From the IMG/VR virus record IMGVR_UViG_3300037518_000144, positions 1 through 57,756 of that record: a stretch of DNA of 57,756 nt; one strand, written 5' to 3'. The notes beneath the pieces are model-generated. The model searched no databases. It was not told the origin of the DNA and saw only the letters and a list, made by a program, of their open reading frames with translations. Positions 37,894 to 47,174 of the stretch are shown here, piece after piece. Position 1 is the stretch's first letter. The number at the start of each line of letters is the position of its first letter. Made by a program: the position numbers and the translations under genes. The stretch comes from a virus. Its lineage: Duplodnaviria; Caudoviricetes.

Positions 37894-38222
37894 GCTTCCG
37901 TGTTGCAGACCTGGAAAGGTTCGCACAGCTGCATACGCTGGGCTGCATTGTCTGCCTTCGTCGCCACACCCCTCGATATTGTGACGTGCATCACTTGGTC
38001 GAAGGGAGTCGCCGGCTAGGCCATCAGTTCACGATCGGTCTTTGTGAGTGGCATCACAGAGGAGTACCGATACACGACGGCGGCGCCAAGGCAACAGAAG
38101 AGATATTCGGCCCTAGCCTTGCCCGTAGTAAGCGGGAGTTTGTCCGAGCATTTGGCAGCGAACGGCGCCTGCTCAGGTTCACAAATCTATTACTGAGGAT
38201 CTCGCGCTATGTCCGCATCTGA
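37890..38222 (+). CDS. Ref-like recombination-enhancement nuclease
   Basis: LGCIVC..HH..GH..TIGLCEWHH..FGSE. Confidence 0.75.
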   Translation: MSFRVADLERFAQLHTLGCIVCLRRHTPRYCDVHHLVEGSRRLGHQFTIGLCEWHHRGVPIHDGGAKATEEIFGPSLARSKREFVRAFGSERRLLRFTNLLLRISRYVRI

Positions 38223-40110
38223 CTCGCTACTGGCCGAGCAGCTATTCAACGTGTCCCCATCGCTCTACACGGAAGACGTGGCGTGCTGGATTATCAGAGA
38301 AGGCCGAATGGTTGCGATCTCGACACCACACGAAGGTGGCGGGGCCGCTATTTTCCTGAACGTTCCAGATGCGCGTGTTATTCGCGACTGGCTCAACAAG
38401 GCGCTGCCATGAATGCTCCGAGTTCTTCTGATTCGTGGCTCACTACGGCGCGCGGGCTGTGCTCTATGGATGGGCAGAACACGTTAACCAACCGCGAACT
38501 GCTGGCCCTTGTCGAGTGCGCGGAAGCATTGAAGTCTGCAAGGTGCCCAAATAGCAACTGCGACAACAAAGGCACAATCATGCAGCGGGTGCACGACTGG
38601 TTCGAGCCGGCGCCGTGTCAATGGTGTGACGAACGGGATGCGGCCCTCGCCAAGCTGGAGGCTCTATGAATGCTCCTAGTTCCAAAGATACGCGGGCGCT
38701 AACCCTTCGCATGGCTCTCGCCGTTGGCGCCATGGACCCGCGCTTCCGTGCGGCATGCGAGGGCGTGCTAAAGCTGGTTGAAGAGATAACCGCCGAACGT
38801 GACCAGTACAAGCAAAAGTTGACCGAGGCGCAGCAGTTAGCGGTACGTCAGGCGCACGAACTGAGGAAGCAGCGAGCATGACGATGTCGTTTGAATATTT
38901 TGTTGACAGCCTGAAGGACGCTGGCTGGGTCGATATCCATGATGCTCAATGGGAGGGCGCGCGTAAACTCTACGACGAATTGTTCGCGCACGAATCAGTA
39001 GCACCAGGATCATCGAAGGAGCTGCGCAGCGTCTTGCGTCCAGAAGCTGATATCTGGGTAGATGGTCATAGGCGCTGCGTGAGGGTCGTGCACGAAAAGC
39101 ACTACGATGCCGCGCTTACCGAGATCGAGCGTTTGCTTCGGATAGCTGAGTCGAAGGCAATACTACCGTCCGAACCGCCCGCCACATCATCGAAGGAGCT
39201 GGTAACGCCAGAGCGTCTCGGCATCCTGAAGCAGTCCCCGCGATCGGCAGACGTAACAGATGTGGAAGATTTGTGTGAAGAGGTGGAGCGCCTACGCGAT
39301 TACGGCTGGTGGACGCAAGTGGCGCGGCGCGCGTTAGGTTTCGCCACCGATCGTGAATTGGCCTCTCTGCGAACCACTCACGAACCGGGAGCGTGGCAGC
39401 CGATTGAGACGGCACCTAAAGACCGAGAGGTTCTGTTTTGGGTCGAGCCGTTAAGCACGGAAGAAACGTACCGCGATACATCCGGTAACCCAATCACATC
39501 TGGCACAGAGCCGCGCATGATGCTTTGTCGCTTCGGTCGTTGGTCGAGCCTCAGCAAAGCGACTCGTTGGGCTGATGTGCCTGACAGTCCCGCGTTAACG
39601 AAGGGGGCGAGTCATGAGTAAGCCCGTGTGGGAAATCGAGCCGCACTACTGCAGCGACTTCGACATATTGGACGTGGGTAGCACCGATGCCTGGGATGAG
39701 TTGATTCAGGTTGTCGAATATGTCTACGACAACATGGAGCCGGGCGACGAACGAACGATCACGATTCGCTACAACGGACCTGCTAAGGGAGAGTCGGACT
39801 CAACGAAGGAAGCAGGTCAATGAGTGACGTGGAATGCCCCTACTGCGGAGCTGATCAAGAGATCAATCACGATGATGGCTACGGGTACGCCGAGGATGCC
39901 AAGCATCAGCAGGAGTGCGGAGATTGCGGCCAGACGTTCATGTACACGACGTACATTCACATGACGTACACGCCGCACAAAGCCGACTGCCTGAACGGTG
40001 CGCCGCATGACTATCAACTGACGAAAACGATCCCGCCAGAATTTGCGTGCATGGAATGCACCGTGTGCGAAGACCGGAAGCCTAGACCTGCTGCGGGAGA
40101 GGGAGCGTGA
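38209..40110 (+). other. Run of small coupled early genes (38209, 38409, 38666, 38878, 39614, 39820)
   Basis: Overlapping start/stop coupling. Several have Zn-finger or WQPIETAP motifs. Confidence 0.6.
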
Positions 40111-41027
40111 CGGTTAAGTTCGCCGATATGAAGCTCTCTCGGATCATCCCGCAGCACGTGCATGCCGTTAAGTTTCGGTGGCTGCATCGAGACTTTATGA
40201 CGATGTCAGATCGATATCGCGAGATCCGTGCCCGTACTAGTCACCCGATGGACGCCTGCAAATGGTGCGGCTACGCATTCGCCAACGGCGATGTGATGGC
40301 TCTCGCTCAGCCAGAGAAGGGAGTGAATTGGGTGCTCTGCCAGACGTGCGCGCAGATGCTAGAAAAAAGCTCAGAGTTGGAAACGAACCTGACTCGTTTA
40401 CCAGAGGTCATTGAGGAAACATGCGCGTGGTGCAGCGGCGTCGGCCGAACCGGCTGCCCTGGAGTCGTCTGCAATTTCTGCAGCGGCGAAGGCGTCCAGC
40501 GACGCAATAGACAAGGTTGAACCGGAGAGCGCTTATGGAAACGCCAATCCTATACGACGACTACGACTATGACGACGAGTACCACGAGCGTGATGACGAG
40601 GAGGAATTCTGCTACCACTGCCAGGACCGTGGCTACATCCCGGCGATGGACTTCGAGTCAATCCAGGGCATCGAAGGATGGGCATGTGACCACTGCGATC
40701 GCGGCATAAACAGCAACTTTCCCTTCCGTCCCACTTCGAGAACCGGAGCAGACCATGGCTAAAGAAGGCGCGGGAAACCCGATCGACTGGATCAAGCGCT
40801 GTCCCGTATGCGCAGAGGCGGCTAAACAAGTGGAGCGCGAAGCTATGCAACAGAAACAGTCGGCATGGACCAAGCAGCTACTGCACTACGTGAAAACGGA
40901 AGTGCTGTATCCGGGTTCATTCAAGAACAACAGCAGCTACGCCGCCGAAGTCATCAAGGCTTTCGAGTTCGGGCACAAAGCCGGCGTGCGGTCCGCTCGT
41001 GCCAAATACTCAGCGCAGCGTCGATGA
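40107..41027 (+). other. Three small Cys-rich early genes (40107, 40517, 40755)
   Basis: CxxC motifs and coupling. Confidence 0.55.
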
Positions 41028-41036
41028 GGTGTTCTC

Positions 41037-41693
41037 ATGCGTGAATTCACAGAAGAACTGTTCCTGAAAAACGTCTCGAAGCACGTCATGACAATCCTGC
41101 GCGACGACGGAGTGCATAGGCATGTGCGGTTCAAGCAGCCAGACAGCAGCAACATGTACTTTGACATAGTCACCTATCCGCACTTCCTGGTGTACTCGGG
41201 CGACATGGGCTGCTACGTCTTCAGCCGCATCAATGACATGTTCGAGTTCTTCCGCGGCAAGAGTGAGGGGCCGCTGCGGATCAACGAGAGCTACTGGGCA
41301 GAGAAGCTTGAAGCGACCGATCGCCAGAGCGGACAAAAGGAGTACAGCGCCGACCGGTTCCGCAAATACGTGGCGGATAGATTGGAGCAGATAAAGGAAG
41401 CCCAGACGATTGACGCAGATAGCGAGGACGAAGGTCAGTCAGTCGCCGCTGCGTTCGACGAGTTCGAGCTGGCCGTCAAGGACAACGTCCTGGCCTACGC
41501 TGACGACGGTGACTTACGAGCGCACCAGGCCCTCGATGAATTCGAGCACGAGGGCAATCGCTGGTTTAGCGACAGTTGGGAAGCCAACTTCGACGAGTAC
41601 ACGTTCCGCTTCGTCTGGTGCTGCTACGCGCTTGCGTGGGCTATTCGTCAGTACGACAAATCTAAACAGACAGCTCTTAGCGGAGGAGTGTGA
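41037..41693 (+). CDS. Conserved phage hypothetical protein
   Basis: RDDGVHRHVRF..GDMG..YWAEK motif. GAGG RBS. Confidence 0.7.
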   Translation: MREFTEELFLKNVSKHVMTILRDDGVHRHVRFKQPDSSNMYFDIVTYPHFLVYSGDMGCYVFSRINDMFEFFRGKSEGPLRINESYWAEKLEATDRQSGQKEYSADRFRKYVADRLEQIKEAQTIDADSEDEGQSVAAAFDEFELAVKDNVLAYADDGDLRAHQALDEFEHEGNRWFSDSWEANFDEYTFRFVWCCYALAWAIRQYDKSKQTALSGGV

Positions 41694-41694
41694 C

Positions 41695-42846
41695 GTGCAG
41701 AAACTGACATTCAACGACTTGCTCCAGAGAACGATGACCGGGGAGGAATCGTTCTACCTCGCATCAGACGTGGGCGAAGAACTGCGCCGTGCCGCCGATG
41801 ACCGCGCGCGAAGCGACGCGCGCATTGCCGATCTTGAAAGCGCCATCCGTGTGTATGCCCGCCATCGCTCTAACTGCATGGTGCATTTCGATCAATCGTG
41901 CTCGTGCGGGTGGGAGCAAAAGAGCCGAGAACTAATGGAGAGTGAGCAGAAATGAACGAACACTACCACTACATTCTCGATGGCCATGATCCCGTAGCGG
42001 TTGACTTGATGACGTGGGAAAGATGGCGTGAGGCCAATCAAGAAAAGAAACGAGTCGCGCTGGATCAGATCAACGACACGAGAGTCTCGACCATCTTCTT
42101 TGGTTTAGATCTAAGTTTAGGCGACGGACCGCCGCTGATCTTCGAGACAATGACCTTCGGCGGTGCGCTCAGCGACGGATGCGAGCACTACTCAACATGG
42201 GCGGAAGCTGTAGCTGGGCATGCCGCCATGTGCGAACGCGTGCGTAGCGCTCAGGGCAAGGAGGATAGTCATGGCTAGATTTCATTGGCCGACGAAGAAA
42301 CAGGAGACCGCATTGAAACATCTTGCCGGTAACGCCGACGCTGGCCTGGCGCTAACGATCCCAGAAACGATTAGCGCTCTGCGCGGACAATGCCGGTGCA
42401 TAGCTCCATTCAGGGGCTGTGTAATGTGCATCGCGGCGACAATCATCGAGCGCTTTGATGCCAATGCAAAACCGCTGTCGCTTAGCCAAGCAGACCAGCT
42501 TTGTGCCGTACTCACCGACCAATTGCGAAAGATCGTTTACGAGCACGCTGGAAAATCCGAGGTAACTGAGTAAATGAGCGTCAACGAACAGGTTTTGTCT
42601 CAGATCAAGATCCTCGCCGCTCAGCGCGAGAACACAGGCAATGCGATCGAGCAACTTACCAAGCAGCTTGTGTGTGAGTGCTGTGGCGGTAACGACGATG
42701 TTGGCATCCGCCCTCTGATGTGCTGCGCACCGATCTGCCAGCACTGCTTTTACATCTGGTACGACCACGGAGAAACGGACCCGGAATGCGTACGCGATAA
42801 ATCGATTGAGAGGCAAGGTAAGGGCAAGGGAGCGAGTAATGAGTGA
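41695..42846 (+). other. Four small early genes (about 41695, 41952, 42271, 42574)
   Basis: RBS and coupling. Confidence 0.55.
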
Positions 42847-43061
42847 TCTGGTCACTGTGGCAGTTCCCCTTGAGGGATACGACGCGGAATGTCGCGCAAT
42901 CAACGCAGTGATATTCCCGGAAGTATGTACCTAACGAAACACGGTATGTAGATCCATTTTTGCTTATTTTCTGCTGATCCGAGCCAAATCCGCTGTTATG
43001 TGAAATTAGTGCCAAGTGGGAAAAACTTGCACGTCAGGTTTACTCATGTATAATGTTTCCC

Positions 43062-44036
43062 ATGACGAAGCAGACCAAAATTCAGAACCGCTCAACCAAG
43101 GGCGACAAGATCATTCAGGCTCTGCCAATTGCTTGTGCCGATGAAGCAGCAGCCGTGCTCTTCATGGAAGAACAGCGTTGGGGCTCGGATGTCTGCTGCC
43201 CCCGCTGCGGTTCGCTCGATGTCTACCAGATGCGGGACAGCAAGACCGGCCAGCGTCAGAAGAACTTCCGTTGGCTCTGCCGTGACTGCAAGAAGGCTGG
43301 CGAGAAGAGCCAGTACACCGTACGAACGGCCACCGTGTTCGAAGATTCAAAGATTGAGCTTCGTCACTGGTGCTTTGCCTTCTGGCGCGCCTCTACTTCC
43401 AAGAAGGGCGTTAGCGCCCTTGAGATACACCGCCAGACCGGCCTTGCTTACAAGTCCTGCCTGTTCATGCTCCACCGTATCCGCTTCGCGATGGCACCAG
43501 TGGACGGCAATCCATTGACCGGCATTGTCGAAGTAGACGAGACGTATGTTGGCGGCAAGCCCCGCCGTAAGTTCGATGGTTCAGTCGGCGAGCGCACTGC
43601 AAAGTCTGCTGTGCTCGGCATCGTGGAACGTGGTGGCCGCATCCGTCCAATGGTCATTGCCGACGTAACGGCTGAAACCCTCCATGCCGAAATCCTGAAG
43701 AACGTAGACCGTCGCGCCCGCATCATGACGGACGAGCACGTGAGCTACACCGGCATCGGCAAGCACTTCGAAGGCGGTCACGAGACGGTCAAGCACAGCG
43801 CCTACGAGTACGCACGCGGCGATGTCACCACGAACACCATCGAAGGCTTCTTCTCAATCCTGAAGCGCGGCCTTAACGGCATCTACCACAGCGTCAGCAA
43901 GAAACACTTGCACAGGTACCTTGCGGAATATGAGTTCAGGTACAACCACAGGGAGCTTGATGACGGCGCAAGAACCTCAGCCGCTATCAAAGCATCAGAA
44001 GGCAAGCGCCTGATGTATAAAGGACCGGCTGGTTAA
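43062..44036 (+). CDS. tnp: IS1595-family (ISXO2-like) DDE transposase
   Basis: Zn ribbon CPRCG..CRDC, VEVDETYVGG, IMTDE, NTIEGFFS, HLHRYLAEYEFRYN. TTGCAC-16-TATAAT promoter at 43027-54. Confidence 0.95.
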   Translation: MTKQTKIQNRSTKGDKIIQALPIACADEAAAVLFMEEQRWGSDVCCPRCGSLDVYQMRDSKTGQRQKNFRWLCRDCKKAGEKSQYTVRTATVFEDSKIELRHWCFAFWRASTSKKGVSALEIHRQTGLAYKSCLFMLHRIRFAMAPVDGNPLTGIVEVDETYVGGKPRRKFDGSVGERTAKSAVLGIVERGGRIRPMVIADVTAETLHAEILKNVDRRARIMTDEHVSYTGIGKHFEGGHETVKHSAYEYARGDVTTNTIEGFFSILKRGLNGIYHSVSKKHLHRYLAEYEFRYNHRELDDGARTSAAIKASEGKRLMYKGPAG

Positions 44037-44063
44037 TGAACAGCGTTTGTGCCACGATAGGTA

Positions 44064-44178
44064 TACGGGTGGCGGGATACGAACCCGCATGGGGTTGCTT
44101 GGGGGAGGCGCGAACCGTCCCTAGCAAGAGCCCGGCAGCGTCCAAAGCTGCTGTGTCTACCAGTTTCACCACACCCGC
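44064..44178 (-). tRNA. Atypical tRNA: Leu-like body, UGG (Pro) anticodon, ~46-nt variable arm
   Basis: Acceptor GCGGGTG/CACCCGT-A; D arm GTG-AAACTGGTAGA-CAC; anticodon arm GCAGC-TTTGGAC-GCTGC; T arm GCGGG-TTCGTAT-CCCGC. No encoded CCA. Confidence 0.75.
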
Positions 44179-44205
44179 ACAGAGAGTGCTCAAACGCTCT
44201 CGGGT

Positions 44206-44257
44206 CAGGGTGTGGAGGGGTCATGGCCGCGAAACCTTACCCTCCACACCCTGCTTT
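44206..44257. other. 14-bp perfect hairpin next to the tRNA 5' end
   Basis: CAGGGTGTGGAGGG / CCCTCCACACCCTG followed by CTTTT. Confidence 0.6.
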
Positions 44258-44298
44258 TACGGCCGCCGGGTCGGCCTATCTACTTATCATCATAATCC

Positions 44299-44781
44299 TC
44301 ACTCCTTTGCTCGCTGGGCGGCCAATCGTTTCTCGATTGCACTAATTGCATCCGGCAGATGTCTCTTCATTTTCCAGAACCTGCCCTGTCCTGTTCTTTT
44401 GTTGTCGTAGACTTGGCTTGGATTGAGACCACAGTCCACGATAAGCCGATTAATTATGGCGCTACGTCCACCAAGTGCTTTCGGCATAGTGATGCCCAAA
44501 GCTGCCATCATCGTTCCCGACCCAGCCCCCTGCGGTCCGGCGTCTCGAATTGCTTTCAAAAAAGCGATTGCAGCAATTGGAGTCCAGTCCGGGAAGCTGC
44601 CTTCTGGCTCATCCTCGGTACGCGGTTGTTTGTTTGCGTGGATGATCGGCGCTCGCGCTGCCGATGGAGGCGGCACAGTGCTGGCGTTCCGAAGCTGTCG
44701 ATACAACTCGGCGGCTTCTGCAGCTGTGGCTGCTTCGAATTCCATTCCATCAAAATTGAGTTTGATACCCATGCTTGCCAT
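44299..44781 (-). CDS. Hypothetical passenger protein (possible winged-helix C-terminus)
   Basis: 160-aa ORF with protein-like composition. Confidence 0.6.
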   Translation of the reverse strand: MASMGIKLNFDGMEFEAATAAEAAELYRQLRNASTVPPPSAARAPIIHANKQPRTEDEPEGSFPDWTPIAAIAFLKAIRDAGPQGAGSGTMMAALGITMPKALGGRSAIINRLIVDCGLNPSQVYDNKRTGQGRFWKMKRHLPDAISAIEKRLAAQRAKE

Positions 44782-44833
44782 GCTATCAGGAACTTCTGGT
44801 ACAGAGCAAGCTCAAGACATGACATGAGAGTAC

Positions 44834-44998
44834 ATGATGCCGCCAGAGCCACAGAAGCGATCAAGAACAAAGAAGCGCGGGCCACCGCCTGATCGGGTAA
44901 AGATCAAAGGCGACTGGACGGAAGCAATGAAGAAAGCTCTAGAGAAAAAGCGCCCTACTGGCGGCTGGCCGGAGCCTGAGAAGAAGCCGAGTAAGTAA
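44834..44998 (+). CDS. Small basic passenger protein, 54 aa
   Basis: GPPPDRVKIKGDWTEAMKKALEKKRPTGGWP. Below the ORF-track cutoff. Confidence 0.55.
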   Translation: MMPPEPQKRSRTKKRGPPPDRVKIKGDWTEAMKKALEKKRPTGGWPEPEKKPSK

Positions 44999-45157
44999 GC
45001 TCTTCGCGCAACACCTTAACTTCATCAGGTGCGGAAATACCGATTCGAACGCTCACCAGTCCGCTGCCCGCATGCTCGATGATGCGAGTTACGGTTAGGG
45101 TGATGTCTTTGCCGATCTGAATGGATTCGCCGGGAACGGCCGGGAAAGGATGAGCAT
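44955..45157 (-). pseudogene. csrA: csrA/rsmA homolog, frameshifted
   Basis: GGAGG RBS and MLILSR, then GESIQIGKDITLTV..VRIGISAPDEVKVLREEL in another frame. Confidence 0.8.
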
Positions 45158-45302
45158 AGAACCTCCGTGTTCGAGTGAAACCGATTCATAAATCGCGGGT
45201 GACTATGCTACAGTGCGCCGCGTTACGCCTCCCGCTTCTTCCCTCCGGTCGGGCGCGGGTGAGCGTAACGAGAGATTTGCAGCTTGTAAAGCTCCAGACA
45301 AC

Positions 45303-45328
45303 AAAAAACCCGCCGAAGCGGGTTCTTT
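45303..45328. terminator. Terminator-like hairpin immediately 5' of the tRNA
   Basis: AAAAAACCCGC-CGAA-GCGGGTTCTTT. Confidence 0.6.
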
Positions 45329-45330
45329 GC

Positions 45331-45420
45331 GGTCAGGTGGCAGAGTGGTCGAATGCAACTTCCTCGCACGGAATTTCGCTTTTGGCGACGCCGCAGGTTC
45401 GAATCCTGTCCTGACCTCCA
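45331..45420 (+). tRNA. Atypical tRNA: Ser-like class II body, CGC (Ala) anticodon, U73
   Basis: Acceptor GGTCAGG/CCTGACC-T-CCA; D arm GCA-GAGTGGTCGAA-TGC; loop CT-CGC-AC on a weak stem; variable arm TCGC-TTTTG-GCGA; T arm GCAGG-TTCGAAT-CCTGT. Confidence 0.78.
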
Positions 45421-45426
45421 CATCCT

Positions 45427-45457
45427 ACCGCCCCGAACTTCTTAGGGGCGGTCTTTT
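45427..45457 (+). terminator. Intrinsic terminator after the tRNA
   Basis: ACCGCCCC/GGGGCGGT followed by CTTTT. Confidence 0.7.
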
Positions 45458-45620
45458 AATCTACCAGCGTTTTCGTCTCTTGCCACGTTACGTTTTACGT
45501 ACCGTGCGATTCGTCACACCACTTCTCAACAGCAACAGTATATTCAACACGAGCCAGAGAGCAATAGTTTAATTGCCGTTAATCTTGCTTATTCTCTCTT
45601 AACGTCTAATATTGCCAGCT

Positions 45621-45839
45621 ATGGCCAAGGTTCAGCGGTTTTTCGATGATCGCGACGTTACCCTGAAGGTCAACGACACGATCTACGAGTATCTGGAAGA
45701 CCTTGGAAAGACGGGCCTATACGGCAATACTCACGGCCAAGCCGCCGAAATCGTTCTCCGGATAGGACTCAAGCAACTGATTGACTCGGGGCAACTGAAA
45801 CCCAAGGAGCATCAGCTGGCAAGGGAAGCTGGGAGCTAG
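45621..45839 (+). CDS. Small putative RHH-like regulator
   Basis: Beta-alpha-alpha pattern (VTLKV..YLEDL..GLYG..AAE). Upstream of the TA pair. Confidence 0.55.
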   Translation: MAKVQRFFDDRDVTLKVNDTIYEYLEDLGKTGLYGNTHGQAAEIVLRIGLKQLIDSGQLKPKEHQLAREAGS

Positions 45840-45856
45840 CTAACGGTGGAGCGCCT

Positions 45857-46405
45857 ATGATTTTCACCGCAAGTAAAGTAGCCCAAATGGCCGCCGTATT
45901 CGCCCGCAAGGAAGGTGGCGCGATCAATGTCCTGAAACTCGCGAAGCTCCTCTATCTCGCAGATCGCGAATCGATGAATCGATATTCTGCGCCGATTTCA
46001 TTCGACAAGTTTGTCGCTTTGAAGGATGGGCCTATGTTGTCAAAGGCCCGCGATCTTGTTCAGGGAAAGATCGTGTCGGAGGCGTGGTCTTATTGGATGT
46101 CGCCACGCAAGGGACTAAATGTCGCGCTCGCACACGAGTTTACCCGTGACGATCTGGACCAACTGAGTGATGCAGATTTAGAAATTCTGGACTCAGTTTG
46201 GGACGAACTTGGAGCGATGGATCGCTTCGAGTTGCGGGACTACGTTCACGAGCATTGCCCCGAGTGGAAGAATCCTGGCGATACATCAAAGCCGATAAAC
46301 GAGGCAGAAATATTTAGAGCGCTCGGCCTGCCCGCAGCGGAAGCGAAAAACATGGCGGAGTCAGTTCGAATTGAGCGCAGACTCGATAGGATTTTCGGAC
46401 GCTAG
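45857..46405 (+). CDS. Panacea-domain (SocA/DUF4065) antitoxin
   Basis: KLAKLLYLADR..GP..LS..D.EIL..H..PEW. Confidence 0.85.
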   Translation: MIFTASKVAQMAAVFARKEGGAINVLKLAKLLYLADRESMNRYSAPISFDKFVALKDGPMLSKARDLVQGKIVSEAWSYWMSPRKGLNVALAHEFTRDDLDQLSDADLEILDSVWDELGAMDRFELRDYVHEHCPEWKNPGDTSKPINEAEIFRALGLPAAEAKNMAESVRIERRLDRIFGR

Positions 46406-46414
46406 TCGGACCCC

Positions 46415-46801
46415 ATGTTCGTTGCTAGGAAACGGGGAACATTGTTGTATCCCGCCGGACCTTCGACTAATCCACATGAGATGCACTTGTTTGTGATCGT
46501 GACGGAGCCTTACGGGCCAGCCCGACAACTCATCATGCTGCCGATATGCAGTATCGAAGACGGTAAGTTTCACGACCCGGCCTGCATCATCCACGTTGGG
46601 GACCACAAATTCATTAAGTGGCCGAGTTACGTTGCTTACTCCAAAGTCAGGGAGGAATTTGCGGATGGGCTTGCAAAGGGCGTTGCGAATGGTGGCGTCT
46701 CAGATCGCGGACTGATCGACGAGGTAGTCTTCGATCGCATCTTGTCAGGGGCGAAAGTAACAAAGCACATCAAGCCATTCGCCAAGAAGAAGCTTGCTTG
46801 A
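46415..46801 (+). CDS. Putative PemK/MazF-like toxin
   Basis: HLFVIVT..PICS..DPACII..GDH.FI..SYV.Y, SH3-barrel-like. Directly downstream of Panacea. Confidence 0.55.
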   Translation: MFVARKRGTLLYPAGPSTNPHEMHLFVIVTEPYGPARQLIMLPICSIEDGKFHDPACIIHVGDHKFIKWPSYVAYSKVREEFADGLAKGVANGGVSDRGLIDEVVFDRILSGAKVTKHIKPFAKKKLA

Positions 46802-47174
46802 ACCAGCAAACGCCACCCGGTGCTGGAAAACGGGCAATGTGGGGAAAGCCGGGCCACCCCAGAACCGCAGAAAATTCGTCCCGCCGCTCCACAGCTCGCG
46901 CTAGTAGCCACCGGGCCGCGAGCCCACCCACCATCCAGTGCTCATACAGTGCTTGGCGAAGTGGGAAATCCCTCCCGCATCCCACCTTTCCGGCAGGCAT
47001 CTTTGTAGATGCCTAAATGTACCTTAACCCGTTGATTCTATATGGGGTTTCGTTAGGTACATACTTCCGCGAAGTTGATCTACCGCCGGCTCTTCAGTAT
47101 TGGACCGAGCGCATGGAAGAAATCCGGGATTGGCAAGCGCGTAGAGCGGCAAATCAACCCAAACCGGAGCAGTC

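Larger units (their letters stand above)
42918..47069 (+). mobile_element. IS1595-family transposon with passenger genes
   Basis: Perfect 23-bp IR CGGAAGTATGTACCTAACGAAAC (42918-40) and its reverse complement (47047-69). Transposase lies just inside the left IR. No target-site duplication seen. Confidence 0.88.

Noticed and set aside
44033-44410. ORFs overlapping the first tRNA
   Set aside because: Not protein-like, and explained by the tRNA and hairpins.
45129-45146. 8-bp repeat in csrA as a transposon footprint
   Set aside because: Removing it does not restore the CsrA frame.
45358-45374. Reading the second tRNA as tRNA-Cys (GCA, U73)
   Set aside because: It needs a shifted loop without U33. 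Standard numbering from the D stem gives CGC. Not fully excluded.
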